A stretch of DNA of 64,000 nucleotides from Alphaproteobacteria bacterium (lineage in GTDB: Bacteria; Pseudomonadota; Alphaproteobacteria; Bin95): positions 608,001 to 672,000 of the forward strand of contig CAXXWS020000003.1 in assembly GCA_963665325.3 (NCBI GenBank), given 5' to 3'. Position 1 is the first letter of the stretch. The number at the start of each line of letters is the position of its first letter. The position numbers were made by a program, and so were the translations under genes. Under the pieces are notes generated by a model that did not search any database, had not been told where the DNA came from, and worked only from the letters and a program-made list of their open reading frames with translations. This document shows, one piece after another, positions 9,301 to 19,285 of this stretch.

Positions 9301-11022
9301 TCATGCCGCCTGCGGGCCGCGCAGCAGACGGCCGGGCATGGCGCCCGTCGCTTCGCCCTGCTCGTAGGTCGCCTCGCCGGAGACGAAGGTCGCGACATAG
9401 CCGTTGGCCCGCTGCACCAAGCGGCGCCCGCCGGCCGGCAGGTCGTGCACCATCACCGGCGCATGCAGGTGGAGCGCATCAAAATCGACCAGGTTGAGGT
9501 CCGCCTTGTAGCCCGCGCGCAGGAGGCCTCGGTCGTTCAGCCCGTAGGCCTCGGCCGTGCCCCGCGTCTGGAGCTGGACCGCATGTTCGAGCGCCAATCG
9601 CGGCCCCCGCTGCCGGTCGCGCGCCCAGTAGCTCAGCATGTAGGTGGGCGAGCTGGCGTCGCAGATGAGCCCGCAATGCGCGCCGCCGTCCGAGAGGCTC
9701 AGCATGGACAGCGGATGCTCCAGAACCGTGCGCAGCATCTCGAAATCGCCGTCGGCATAGCCCAGCAGCGGGAAGTAGATCAGCGCCCGGCCCTCGTCGG
9801 CCAGCATCGCGTCGAGCAAGGTCGCACGGGGATCGCCCGTGCCCGCCAGCCCGGCAATGCTGCGCTCTGCCGGCGGTTCGTAATCGGGCGGGTCGCCCAG
9901 CGGGAACATGCCGGCGAAATGGTTGAACACATAGCCGTCGAATTTGCCCTGCCGGGTGGACTCCTCCGCCAGAAGCCGCGCGCGCACCTCCGGGTCGGAG
10001 AGGCGGGCGACACGCTCCGCCAACGGCAGATGCGCGATCTCCATATAGGTCGGATGGCCCATGAAGGGGTGCATGCTGCTGTCGAAGCCCATCAGCATCC
10101 CGGCCGGGCGGGCACTCACCTGCATCCGGAGCCTGGCACCCTCGGCGACGGCCGCCTCGGTCCAGTCGAGGATGCGCCGCCAGTCCCCGGGGCTGCGGTC
10201 GGACTGAGCGAGGATGAAGGAGACCGGCAGCCCGGTCTCGCACGAGAGGTCGCGCATCCACACCACATCGTCGCGGAAGCGCCCGTCCATGCCGCCGATG
10301 CCGAAATCGGTCGCGATCTCGAACACGCCGTGGCCGGCCCGCCCGCAGGCGCGGCCGATTCCCATAAGCTCGTCATGGCCGGCGAAGGTGCCGGGCACCG
10401 GCTCGCCGTCGATGGAGCGGTGCAGCATGGTGCGGGAGGAGGAGAAGCCGAGCGCGCCCGTGCGGAGCCCCTCCTCGACGATGCCGGACATGACGGCGAT
10501 ATCGTCCTCGGTCGGATCCTCGTTGGCCGCGCCCCGCTCGCCCATCGCATAGGCCCGGACCGCGCCGTGCGGCACCTGGGTGCCGATGTCGAGGGCGTGC
10601 GGCATGGCCTCCAGCGCGTCGAGATATTCCGGGAAGGTCTCCCAATTCCAGCTCATGCCCTCGGAGAGCGCGGTGCCGGGAATGTCCTCGACGCCCTCCA
10701 TCAGGCCGATCAGCCAATCGTGGCGGTCGGGCGCGGCGGGCGCGAAGCCGACGCCGCAATTGCCCATCACCGCGGTGGTGACGCCGTGCCAGCCCGAGGG
10801 CGAAAGCCACGGGTCCCAGGTCGCCTGGCCGTCGTAATGCGTGTGGACATCGACGAATCCTGGCACGGTCAGCAGGCCGTCCGCGTCGATCTCGCGCCGG
10901 CCCGGCCCCGCCTTGCCGCCCGCCTGGACGAAGCGTCCGTCCTCAATGGCGATATCGCCGGTGAAGGCGGGTTCTCCGGACCCGTCGACGATGCGCGCGC
11001 CGCGAATGACCATGTCGTGCAT
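9301..11022 (-). CDS. N-acyl-D-amino-acid deacylase family amidohydrolase
   Basis: [28 protein letters not shown] motifs. Confidence 0.9.
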   Translation of the reverse strand: MHDMVIRGARIVDGSGEPAFTGDIAIEDGRFVQAGGKAGPGRREIDADGLLTVPGFVDVHTHYDGQATWDPWLSPSGWHGVTTAVMGNCGVGFAPAAPDRHDWLIGLMEGVEDIPGTALSEGMSWNWETFPEYLDALEAMPHALDIGTQVPHGAVRAYAMGERGAANEDPTEDDIAVMSGIVEEGLRTGALGFSSSRTMLHRSIDGEPVPGTFAGHDELMGIGRACGRAGHGVFEIATDFGIGGMDGRFRDDVVWMRDLSCETGLPVSFILAQSDRSPGDWRRILDWTEAAVAEGARLRMQVSARPAGMLMGFDSSMHPFMGHPTYMEIAHLPLAERVARLSDPEVRARLLAEESTRQGKFDGYVFNHFAGMFPLGDPPDYEPPAERSIAGLAGTGDPRATLLDAMLADEGRALIYFPLLGYADGDFEMLRTVLEHPLSMLSLSDGGAHCGLICDASSPTYMLSYWARDRQRGPRLALEHAVQLQTRGTAEAYGLNDRGLLRAGYKADLNLVDFDALHLHAPVMVHDLPAGGRRLVQRANGYVATFVSGEATYEQGEATGAMPGRLLRGPQAA

Positions 11023-11025
11023 GGC

Positions 11026-11805
11026 TCAGAAGGTCCCGGGATAGAGGCCGCCGTCCATCAGCACGTTGTTGGCGGTCATGAAGCCGACATGCTCGCTGCA
11101 GAGGAAGGCGCAGACCTTGCCGAATTCCTCCGCCGTGCCGAAGCGCCCGGCCGGCGTGGCGGCCTTGCGCTGTTCGCGCGCCTCGGCCACGTCGATGCCA
11201 GCCTGTTGCGCTGCATGGACGATGCCGCTCTGCAGCCGGTCGGTGTCGAACGGCCCCGGCAGCAGGTTGTTGATCGCCACATTGCGGTCGATGACCTCAC
11301 GGCAGATTGTGTTGCAGAAACCGTGCAGCGCAAGGCGCGCCGCCGTCGAGAGCCCGAGATTGGGCACCGGCATCTTGGTCGATTGCGAGGTGATGTTGAC
11401 GATCCGCCCGAAGCCGCGCTCCGCCATGCCGTCCACCACGGCGGTAATCATCTCCGCATGGCCCAGAAGCTGGGCGTCCAGCGCCGCCTGCCAGCGCTCG
11501 CGGGTGTCGGTGCGGAAATTGCCGGGCGCCGGCCCGCCGGCATTGGTGACCAGTATGTCCGGGGCGGGGCAGGCGGCGAGAATGGCCTGGCGCGTCTCGG
11601 GGAGCGTGATGTCGCCGGCGATGGCCGTCACCTCGACGCCGGTCGCGTCCCGGATCTCGGCGGCGGTCGCCTCGAGCTCCGAGGCCGTGCGGGCATTGAT
11701 GACCAGATGCACGCCTTCCTCGGCGAGCGCCATGGCGCAGCCCTTGCCAAGTCCCTTGCTGGCGGCGCCGACGATGGCCCGCTTACCCGCGATTCCGAGA
11801 TCCAT
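11026..11805 (-). CDS. SDR oxidoreductase
   Basis: MDLGIAGKRAIVGAASKGLG, DILVTNAGGP, NNLLPGPFDT. Confidence 0.9.
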   Translation of the reverse strand: MDLGIAGKRAIVGAASKGLGKGCAMALAEEGVHLVINARTASELEATAAEIRDATGVEVTAIAGDITLPETRQAILAACPAPDILVTNAGGPAPGNFRTDTRERWQAALDAQLLGHAEMITAVVDGMAERGFGRIVNITSQSTKMPVPNLGLSTAARLALHGFCNTICREVIDRNVAINNLLPGPFDTDRLQSGIVHAAQQAGIDVAEAREQRKAATPAGRFGTAEEFGKVCAFLCSEHVGFMTANNVLMDGGLYPGTF

Positions 11806-12499
11806 GAGTGTCGTCTCCCTGTTCGAATGCGCCCTCGGCAACCAGTTCCCGCACCAGGCCGGCGGTGATCCGGCGCCGGCCGGCGAGCGCCGCGCTGTCC
11901 AGAATATCTACCGCACGGCGCGCCGCAGCGAAACTGCGTTCGATCCGGCGCAGCAGCAGATCGAGGACGTCCTGGCCGATTTCGATCTGCCGGTCGGCGA
12001 ACTGCTTGGCGAGCACGGCTTCCAGCAGGCTGTCGTCGGGCGGGCGGATGGCGACAGCAGAACCGGTCGCGAGCCGCGAGGCGAGGTCGGGGGTCCGCAG
12101 GCGCCAGCGCGAGGGCGGCGCGGCCGCGGTCAGCAGCAGCGAGCCGCCCCGGCTGGCCAGCAGGTTGTAGAGATGCAGCAGGGCGAGTTCGTCCACAGCC
12201 TTGTCCGCCCCGTCTATGACGAGATGCTGCCGGCCGCCCAGAAGATTGACCGGATTGGCCCCCGCCAGCGCCGCAGGCGGCACCGGCACGGCGCCGCTCC
12301 GCGCCTGCCAGACATGCGCCAGATGCGTCTTGCCCGCCCCTGCCGGGCCCCAGACCGTCAGCGCCGGAGCCGGCCAGTCGGGCCAGCGGTCGATCCACGC
12401 CACCGCCTCGGCATTGCTGTCGGCCACCAGGAAATCCTCGGCGCCCATGGCCGTCCGGTGGCCGAGATGCAGCACAAGCTGTCGACTACGGGGCGTCAT
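11783..12499 (-). CDS. hdaA: DnaA regulatory inactivator HdaA
   Basis: N-terminal QLVL clamp-binding motif, FLVADSN, Walker A GPAGAGKTHL, PDLASRL; conserved position after AI-2E gene. Confidence 0.9.
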   Translation of the reverse strand: MTPRSRQLVLHLGHRTAMGAEDFLVADSNAEAVAWIDRWPDWPAPALTVWGPAGAGKTHLAHVWQARSGAVPVPPAALAGANPVNLLGGRQHLVIDGADKAVDELALLHLYNLLASRGGSLLLTAAAPPSRWRLRTPDLASRLATGSAVAIRPPDDSLLEAVLAKQFADRQIEIGQDVLDLLLRRIERSFAAARRAVDILDSAALAGRRRITAGLVRELVAEGAFEQGDDTHGSRNRG

Positions 12500-13550
12500 C
12501 GGAGCCATACAGGCGGCTCTCCCGGTATTGCTCAATGGCGAAGCGCGCCAGCACCCCGATGGACGCGGCCGCCGGCAGGGCGACCAGCATGCCGACGAAG
12601 CCCAGCAGCGAACCGCCGGCGAACAGCGCAAAGATCACCCAGACCGGATGCAGGCCGACCCGGTCGCCCACCAGCTTCGGGGTGAGGTAGTTGCCCTCGA
12701 TTGCCTGCCCGGCGACGAAGATCGCGGCAATCAGCGCGACCCGCCAGATCGCGTCGAACTGGTCGAAGGCGAGCCCGACGGAAATGAGCCCGCCCAGGAT
12801 GCTGCCGACATAGGGGATGAACGAGACCAGGCCCGAGAAGATGCCGACGATGAAGCCGAAATCGAGCCCGGCGAGCATCAGCAGGCCGCCATAGCCGAGG
12901 CCGAGCACGATGCAGACGGTGGCCTGGCCGCGCACGAAGCCTGCGAGCGTGGCGTCGATGCGCGCCGCCTGCTGGCGGATGACGGGCGCGCTGCGGCGCG
13001 GCAGCAGGTCGTCCACGGCGGAGACGATCCGGTCCCAGTCGCGCAGCAGGTAGAAGGCGACGACGGGCGTGACCACCAGCAGGCCGAGCAGGTTGACGAG
13101 CGCGAGCCCGCTGCCTAGCACGCGGCCGGCGATCTCTCCGGCCCATCCCGCCGCCGTTCCGAGATGCCCTGTCAGCGCCCGGCGGAGGCCTTCCATATCT
13201 TCCGGCGAGAACTCCGACTGCAGCCGCGCCATCACCCGGGTGACGATGCGCTCCAGGGTCTCCACATAGCCCGGCAGGTTGGCGATCAGCCCGCTGAGCT
13301 GGGCATTGACCACCGGCACGAGCAGCAGCAGCACGCCGAGGCTCGCCACCGCGAAGCCGACGAGCACCAGCACGGCCCCCGCCGTGCGCCCGACGCCCCG
13401 GCGCTCCAGCCGGTCCACCAGCGGGTCGAGGAAATAGGCGATGGCGATACCGACGAGGAACGGCAGCAGGATGTCCTGGAACAGCGCGAGAAAGAGCGCC
13501 GCCGCCAGCGCGACGGCGAGCCAGACGCCGGTTTGCCTCCCGGGACTCAC
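12486..13550 (-). CDS. AI-2E family transporter
   Basis: LLPF..IAYFLDP, FIPYVG, EGNYLTPKLVG, GLHPVWVIFAL. Confidence 0.9.
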   Translation of the reverse strand: MSPGRQTGVWLAVALAAALFLALFQDILLPFLVGIAIAYFLDPLVDRLERRGVGRTAGAVLVLVGFAVASLGVLLLLVPVVNAQLSGLIANLPGYVETLERIVTRVMARLQSEFSPEDMEGLRRALTGHLGTAAGWAGEIAGRVLGSGLALVNLLGLLVVTPVVAFYLLRDWDRIVSAVDDLLPRRSAPVIRQQAARIDATLAGFVRGQATVCIVLGLGYGGLLMLAGLDFGFIVGIFSGLVSFIPYVGSILGGLISVGLAFDQFDAIWRVALIAAIFVAGQAIEGNYLTPKLVGDRVGLHPVWVIFALFAGGSLLGFVGMLVALPAAASIGVLARFAIEQYRESRLYGSDDAP

Positions 13551-14104
13551 GGTGTGTCGCCTCCTCGTTCCAGCCGCATCATGCCGCGCATCCAGATGAC
13601 AACATAGACCCCGCCCGACACGACGGTCGTCGCCGCGACAAGGGCATAGGCGGCCCCCTCCGCGAGCGGAACATGGAATTGCCAGGCCAGCATGGCGAGG
13701 ACCCCTGCGGCGAACGCAAGCTGCACGCAGGTGTTCAGCTTGCTGGTCCAGTGCGGGCGGACCGTCTGCGCGGACGGCACGAGTATCTGGCGCAACAGCC
13801 AGCCGGAAACAATCAGCACGTCGCGGAACACCACCAGGATCACCAGCCAGGCGGGCAGCAGGTCGCGCGCGCCCAGAGAAATGAAGACCGAGACCAGCAG
13901 CGCCTTGTCAGCGACGGGATCGAGCAGGCTGCCGAGGCGCGACACCTGTCCGAGCCGCCGGGCAAGCCAGCCGTCAACGGCGTCGGACAGGCCGGCGATC
14001 AGGAACAGCCAAAGCGCCGCCTCATACCAGCCCTGCACCACCAGCCAGACGGCCAGCGGCACCGCCAGCAGCCGGGCGAGCGTGATCGCGTTCGGCAGGT
14101 TCAT
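13547..14104 (-). CDS. CDP-alcohol phosphatidyltransferase
   Basis: NLPNAITLAR, DAVDGWLAR...G..LDPVADK signature. Confidence 0.9.
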   Translation of the reverse strand: MNLPNAITLARLLAVPLAVWLVVQGWYEAALWLFLIAGLSDAVDGWLARRLGQVSRLGSLLDPVADKALLVSVFISLGARDLLPAWLVILVVFRDVLIVSGWLLRQILVPSAQTVRPHWTSKLNTCVQLAFAAGVLAMLAWQFHVPLAEGAAYALVAATTVVSGGVYVVIWMRGMMRLERGGDTP

Positions 14105-14122
14105 CGCCCGGCTGCGCCAGCC

Positions 14123-15367
14123 TCAGCGGTCGAGCGGACGGAGCGTCCAGCCATTGCCGTCGGCCCGTTCGAGTGTGAGGCCCTGGCGTTCCAGCACACT
14201 GCGCAGGCGTTCCGCGCCGCCCGCGAACCGGAACCGGAAGGTCGCCCGGCTGCGGGCGAGTTCCGCCAACCGAACGTCCCGGACACCGCCGGCCGCGGCC
14301 AGCGCTTCCTTCATCGCGATGAGGCTGGCAAGCCCGACGAGCGGCGCCGTCGCCTCGAACGGCTCGTCGGGCGTGCCCGCCGCGACCAGATTGGCCCGCT
14401 TCCAGCTTTCCTGGATCTGCGCCGCCGCCTCTGCCGCAGCGCGCGCGCATAGGCTCTCGACCGTTTCCCCGGCACGGCCTTCGACGCGCAGCGTTTCGGC
14501 CGCCGCAGCTTCGCCCGCCCCGAAACGCCTGAGCGTCACCTCCAGCACCGGCCGGGTGCGCTGGCCCTCCAGGCGATAGACGGCATGGGCGACCAGCGCG
14601 CGCCGGGCGCCGATGCGGGCGGCGGCCTGCAACAAGCGGGCGCGGTCGCCGTCCGCCGCGTTGTCCGCCGCGGGCATGGCGGAGTCGCCGGCCGCCGGCA
14701 GCGCCAGCGGCACCGGGTCGTTCGCCGCCGGCCGGCGTGCCCAGGCCGCGCGCCAGGGGTTGGCGTCCTCGAACAGGAGGCGGAGCGCACCCCAGTCATA
14801 GACGGGGAAGAGCGCCACGGGCCCGCTCACCGCCTCCGAGAACGGGATGCCGGCTTCGCGCAGCAGCGCGCGCACCGGCTCCGGATGGAAGCCGACCGAG
14901 ACGCGTGCGATGTAACGCACCGGCGACTGGCGCTCCTCCAGTACCTGCACCGTGCGCATCGCCGCCGCCGCGACCTCGGGTTCCGGGTCCGGCAGGCGTT
15001 CATGATCCTTGCGAAGCGTCAGGCGGCGAAGCAGCGCATCCAGGGCTGTCGCGCGGGCATCGGCCATAGCGGCCTGCTTCGCCTCGGCGGCGGAAGGCGC
15101 CGACTCGTCCACGGAAATGCCCTGCACCGTATAGAGATCGACCTTTGCGGCAGCCGGCCCGCCCGGCAGCAGTACCGGGAGCGTTGCGAGGAACACCGCT
15201 GCCGCGCGCAACACGGCGGGTCGCGGAGATGGCGGCGTTGGCGCCGCTGCCGCGCGCAACGCGGCGGATCGCGGAGATGGCGGCGTTGGCGCCGCTGCCG
15301 CGCGCAACGCGGCGGATCGTGGGGAAGGCGGCGTTGGTGCCGCCGCCGGCCCGAAAAACGCTCGCAT
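14123..15367 (-). CDS. DUF2066 domain exported protein
   Basis: Signal-like hydrophobic stretch then [23 protein letters not shown]; conserved position divergent from purM. Confidence 0.75.
   Translation of the reverse strand: MRAFFGPAAAPTPPSPRSAALRAAAAPTPPSPRSAALRAAAAPTPPSPRPAVLRAAAVFLATLPVLLPGGPAAAKVDLYTVQGISVDESAPSAAEAKQAAMADARATALDALLRRLTLRKDHERLPDPEPEVAAAAMRTVQVLEERQSPVRYIARVSVGFHPEPVRALLREAGIPFSEAVSGPVALFPVYDWGALRLLFEDANPWRAAWARRPAANDPVPLALPAAGDSAMPAADNAADGDRARLLQAAARIGARRALVAHAVYRLEGQRTRPVLEVTLRRFGAGEAAAAETLRVEGRAGETVESLCARAAAEAAAQIQESWKRANLVAAGTPDEPFEATAPLVGLASLIAMKEALAAAGGVRDVRLAELARSRATFRFRFAGGAERLRSVLERQGLTLERADGNGWTLRPLDR
15196..15339. repeat. Three tandem copies of a 48-bp unit
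   Basis: Units start at 15196, 15244, 15292 (CCGCTGCCGCGCGCAAC...GGCGGCGTTGG); encode [16 protein letters not shown]-like 16-mers on the minus strand. Confidence 0.95.
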
Positions 15368-15424
15368 TGCGCCCCTTCGCCCGATGGATATTGTCTGCCC
15401 GGACTATACCGGCCCGGAGGGAAC

Positions 15425-16471
15425 ATGGCGAGCGCGGAACGCCCTACCTACAAGGCGGCCGGCGTCGATATCGACGCCGGCGACGCGCTGGTACGCCGCA
15501 TCGCGCCGGCAGCGGCGCGGACGGCGCGGCCGGGCGCCGACGCCGAGCTCGGCGGCTTCGGAGGCTTCTTCGACCTCCGTGCGGCCGGTTTCCGCGACCC
15601 GGTGCTGGTGGCGTCCACAGACGGGGTCGGCACCAAGCTGGAGATCGCCCAGGCGCTCGGGCGCCATCGAGGCGTGGGCATCGACCTCGTCGCGATGTGC
15701 GTCAACGACCTTGCCGCGCAGGGCGCGGAGCCGTTGTTCTTCCTCGACTATTTCGCAACCGGCGCGCTCGACGGCGAGGCGGCGGCGGAAGTGGTGGAGG
15801 GCATCGCGGAAGGTTGTGTCTCTGCCGGCTGCGCGCTCATCGGCGGCGAGACGGCGGAAATGCCCGGCTTCTATCCCGCCGGGCGCTACGATCTTGCAGG
15901 CTTCGCCGTCGGCGCAGTCGAGCGCGAGCGGACGGGCGGGCCCACCGCCCGGCCGGGAGACATCGTGCTGGGCCTCGCCTCGGACGGCCTGCATGCCAAC
16001 GGCTTCTCCCTCGTCCGCCGGATCGTCGAGGAGGAGGGCCTCGACCTTTCGGGGCCGTCGCCCTTCTCGGGAGGGATGCTCGGCGAGGCTCTGCTTGCGC
16101 CGACGCGAATCTATGTTCGCCCCGTGCTGGCTGCGCTGGCCGCAGGCGGCGTCCGGGCGCTCGCGCACATCACTGGTGGAGGCCTCGTCGAGAACCCGCC
16201 GCGCGGCCTGCCGCCCGGCCTCGCCGTGCGGATCGACTGCGCCGCCTGGCCGCTGCCGCCCGCCTTCGAGTGGCTTGCGGGCCATGTCGCGCCGGAAGAG
16301 CTCGCCCGCACCTTCAACTGCGGCATCGGCATGACCGCCGCCGTGCCGCCCGACCGCGCCGACGCGCTCATTGCGTGTTTCGAGGCGGCCGGCGAAACGG
16401 TGTTCCGCATCGGCGAGGTCGTGGAAGGCGAGGGCGTCGCCCTGGAGGGCCTCGAGGGTTGGCGGCGGTGA
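15425..16471 (+). CDS. purM: Phosphoribosylformylglycinamidine cyclo-ligase (AIR synthetase)
   Basis: [34 protein letters not shown]; ATG 15425 after GGAGG. Confidence 0.95.
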   Translation: MASAERPTYKAAGVDIDAGDALVRRIAPAAARTARPGADAELGGFGGFFDLRAAGFRDPVLVASTDGVGTKLEIAQALGRHRGVGIDLVAMCVNDLAAQGAEPLFFLDYFATGALDGEAAAEVVEGIAEGCVSAGCALIGGETAEMPGFYPAGRYDLAGFAVGAVERERTGGPTARPGDIVLGLASDGLHANGFSLVRRIVEEEGLDLSGPSPFSGGMLGEALLAPTRIYVRPVLAALAAGGVRALAHITGGGLVENPPRGLPPGLAVRIDCAAWPLPPAFEWLAGHVAPEELARTFNCGIGMTAAVPPDRADALIACFEAAGETVFRIGEVVEGEGVALEGLEGWRR

Positions 16472-17091
16472 GGGTCGGCGTGCTGCTGTCCGGCCGGGGC
16501 AGCAACCTCCAGGCGCTGCTGGACGCCGGCGCCGCCTCGTGGAAGGTCGCGCTCGCGGTCTCGAACGTGCCCGGTGCCCCCGGTCTCGCGCGCGCCGAAG
16601 CTGCCGGCGTGCCTGTCCGGACGGTGCCGCACCGGGATTTCGCCGACCGGGCGGCCTTCGAGGAGGCACTCGACGCGGAACTCCGGGCCGCGGACATCGA
16701 TCTGGTCGTGCTGGCGGGCTTCTTGCGCGTGCTGGGCCCCGAATTCGTGGCGCGCCGGCGCGACCGCCTGGTCAATATCCACCCTTCGCTGCTGCCGTCC
16801 TTCCGGGGCCTCGACACACATCGCCGCGCGCTGGAAGCCGGCGTGCGCTGGCACGGATGCACGGTGCATTTCGTGCGAGCCGAGCTCGACGCCGGTCCGA
16901 TCGTCCTCCAGGCGGCTGTGCCGGTGCGCCCGGACGATACGGAGGAGGCGCTGGCCGCCCGCGTGCTGGCACGCGAACACCAAGTGCTGCCGATGGCGGT
17001 CGGCTGGATCGCGGAGGGTCGGGTACGCGTCGAGAACGAGCGGGTCGTGGCGGTCGATTCGGGCCGCCCGCCGGTCAATCCGTCGCAGTGA
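16468..17091 (+). CDS. purN: Phosphoribosylglycinamide formyltransferase
   Basis: [36 protein letters not shown]; GTG overlapping the purM stop. Confidence 0.95.
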   Translation: MRVGVLLSGRGSNLQALLDAGAASWKVALAVSNVPGAPGLARAEAAGVPVRTVPHRDFADRAAFEEALDAELRAADIDLVVLAGFLRVLGPEFVARRRDRLVNIHPSLLPSFRGLDTHRRALEAGVRWHGCTVHFVRAELDAGPIVLQAAVPVRPDDTEEALAARVLAREHQVLPMAVGWIAEGRVRVENERVVAVDSGRPPVNPSQ

Positions 17092-17150
17092 GGGCAACAG
17101 GCGTCCGGCTATAGTGCCGCCGGCTTGTCTCACGCGGAGGTTGGCGTCCG

Positions 17151-17282
17151 ATGGCGGAATACAATGCGACGGCGGAAGAGGCGCGCCACCAGTATATCTG
17201 GGGCGGTTTCTGCAGGTTCCTCGGCTGGTCGACCGGCGGGGTGATCCTCCTGCTGGTCATCCTGGCGGCGACACTGTTGTAA
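17151..17282 (+). CDS. Small single-TM protein, aa3-type cytochrome c oxidase subunit IV-like (43 aa; not in ORF track)
   Basis: MAEYNATAEEARHQYIWGGFCRFLGWSTGGVILLLVILAATLL*; GGAGG RBS upstream; H..(T/I)W.GF pattern followed by a TM helix. Confidence 0.65.
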   Translation: MAEYNATAEEARHQYIWGGFCRFLGWSTGGVILLLVILAATLL

Positions 17283-17297
17283 CGGAGGCGCGAAGCG

Positions 17298-17483
17298 ATG
17301 GCCGGTGACAAGGTGACCGTCGAGGTCGAACTGAACCCCGACATGCTCACGCTGCTGGACGATGCGGTGAAGGACTACCGGCTGGCGGACCGCGGCAAGG
17401 CGCTGCGCTGCCTGCTGGACTGGCTGGCCGTGGACGGCGACCGCGACCAGGTGTTCAAGAAGATCCGCTGCCGGCGCTGCTGA
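17298..17483 (+). CDS. Hypothetical 61-aa protein, RHH/CopG-like with terminal CxxC
   Basis: GGAGG RBS, host-like codon usage, beta-helix-helix pattern, ends RCRRC. Confidence 0.65.
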   Translation: MAGDKVTVEVELNPDMLTLLDDAVKDYRLADRGKALRCLLDWLAVDGDRDQVFKKIRCRRC

Positions 17484-18204
17484 GCGCCCACGCGACAGCT
17501 TCTTCGACACCGGAAACGCACGGGCCCGGCTCCGGCGGCGGGCGCCGGATCATCACCACGGGCATATCCCGCTCGCGCGCAGCCGTAATCTTGGCTTCGG
17601 TGGCGGCCCCTCCGGAAGCGCGCGTCACCAGCGTCCCGATTCCGTAATCGTCGAACAGCCTGCGCTCGGCCGCGAGGTCGAACGGGCCGCGCGCCAGCAC
17701 CACTGCCGCGTTCGGCAGTGGCGAGGGGCCGGGGTCGATGCGGCGCAGCACGAAGCGGCGGTCCCCGAGACCGGCAAATACGTCGAGATCGCCGGGTCCG
17801 AGCGTCAGGAACACCGCATCCGGCAGACCGGCGAGGGCGCGGGCGGCTTCTTCGGCATCCGCCACGCAGAGCCAGCGGTCTCCCGGCTCCCGCCGCCACA
17901 TCTTCCGCACGACCGCGAGCCGGGGCACGCCGGTCCTCTCCGCCGCCTCGCGCGCATGGGCTGAGATGCGCGCGGCAAAAGGATGCGTCGCGTCGATCAG
18001 CCTTTCGATGCGCTCCTCCCGGAGATAGCGCGCAAGGCCGGCCGCGCCGCCGAAGCCGCCGGTCCGCACCTTGCCTGCAAGCGCCGCCGGGCGCCGCGTT
18101 CGCCCGGCGAGCGAACTCGTCACCGCGGCCTTCCCCTCCAGCGCGCGGGCAATCGCCGCCCCCTCGCCCGTCCCGCCCAGGATCAGCACGCGGGGCCTAG
18201 ACAC
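17455..18204 (-). CDS. cobK: Precorrin-6A/cobalt-precorrin-6A reductase
   Basis: VLILGGTGEG, SSLAGRT, GGFGGAAGL, IDATHPFA. Confidence 0.92.
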   Translation of the reverse strand: MSRPRVLILGGTGEGAAIARALEGKAAVTSSLAGRTRRPAALAGKVRTGGFGGAAGLARYLREERIERLIDATHPFAARISAHAREAAERTGVPRLAVVRKMWRREPGDRWLCVADAEEAARALAGLPDAVFLTLGPGDLDVFAGLGDRRFVLRRIDPGPSPLPNAAVVLARGPFDLAAERRLFDDYGIGTLVTRASGGAATEAKITAARERDMPVVMIRRPPPEPGPCVSGVEEAVAWALSSAGSGSS

Positions 18205-19231
18205 CGGCCTCACCGACCACCCGGCCGCGGCGGTCGATCACGCGGACATCGACTTCCGTGCCGCCGGCGAGCACGGCGAGCGCCGTCTCGCGCGCCTGCT
18301 CGGCGATGCGCCGGGCAAGCGGCAGGCCACCTGCAAGTTCCAGCACCGCGCCCGCGCTCCGCGCCCCGCTCGCATCCGGCCCGCCGAGCGCCTTCAAGTC
18401 GGCCGCAAGGCGCGGGATATCGACGGCGGAGCGGTCGGAGTGCAGGTCCAGATGCCCGGCTGCGAGCTTGGAGAGCTTGCCGAAGCCGCCGGCGAGGCTG
18501 AGCCGCGCAACCGGACGCCGGCGAAGATATTTCAGGAGCGCGCCGGCGAAGTCGCCCATGTCGATCATGGCGTGTGCCGGCAAGCCGAGCAGCGCCTGCA
18601 GCGCCGCTTCCGAGCCGCGCCCGGTTGCCGCCCCAACATGCTCGAGGCCGGCGGCGCGCGCCACGTCCACGCCGCGATAGACCGCATGGATCCAGGCCGA
18701 GCAGGAATAGGGGATAACCACTCCTGTGGTGCCGAGCACCGAGAGCCCGCCCTCGATACCGAGGCGCGCATTGACGGTCTTCAGCGCCAGCGCCTCGCCG
18801 TTCTCGATGCCGACCTCGACCTCGATATCGGGGGCAAGCCCGTATTCGTCGGCGACCGTGCGGAGATTGTCGGCGACGATGGCGCGGGGGCCGGGATTGA
18901 TCGCGGGCTCGCCGACGGCGAGCGGCAGGCCCGGCAGGGTGACGGTGCCGACGCCCGGCCCCGCGCGGAACTTCACGCCCGCGCCCGGCGGCGCGGGGTG
19001 CAACCGGGCGCGTACGATGGCGCCGTGGGTGGCGTCGGGGTCGTCGCCTGCGTCTTTCTCCACGCCGACCCACTCCCCGGTCTCGGCGAGCGGGAAGGAG
19101 GCCTTGAGGCCGCGCGGCAGGTCGATGGACACCGGGTCCGGCAGGCGCCCGGTGACGCGGCGCTCGAAGGCGGCGCGCGCCGCCGCCGCTGCGCAGGCCC
19201 CCGTCGTCCAGCCGCGTCGAAGCTCTGCCAT
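18197..19231 (-). CDS. cbiD: Cobalt-precorrin-5B C1-methyltransferase
   Basis: LRRGWTTGACA, KDAGDDPDATHG, GEPAINPGP, GGLSVLGTTG. Confidence 0.95.
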   Translation of the reverse strand: MAELRRGWTTGACAAAAARAAFERRVTGRLPDPVSIDLPRGLKASFPLAETGEWVGVEKDAGDDPDATHGAIVRARLHPAPPGAGVKFRAGPGVGTVTLPGLPLAVGEPAINPGPRAIVADNLRTVADEYGLAPDIEVEVGIENGEALALKTVNARLGIEGGLSVLGTTGVVIPYSCSAWIHAVYRGVDVARAAGLEHVGAATGRGSEAALQALLGLPAHAMIDMGDFAGALLKYLRRRPVARLSLAGGFGKLSKLAAGHLDLHSDRSAVDIPRLAADLKALGGPDASGARSAGAVLELAGGLPLARRIAEQARETALAVLAGGTEVDVRVIDRRGRVVGEAGV

Positions 19232-19285
19232 GCGTTCGGATTGTAGGCCCTTGCGGCTGGCAGGGAAGCGGACATAAACAGGGAC

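Noticed and set aside
15196-15339. 48-bp repeats as a CRISPR array
   Set aside because: Head-to-tail units with no unique spacers, in frame within a CDS, no cas genes
14585-17091. N-terminally extended purM (628 aa) and purN (648 aa)
   Set aside because: Extensions are antisense to DUF2066 or off-frame over purM; true starts are at 15425 and 16468
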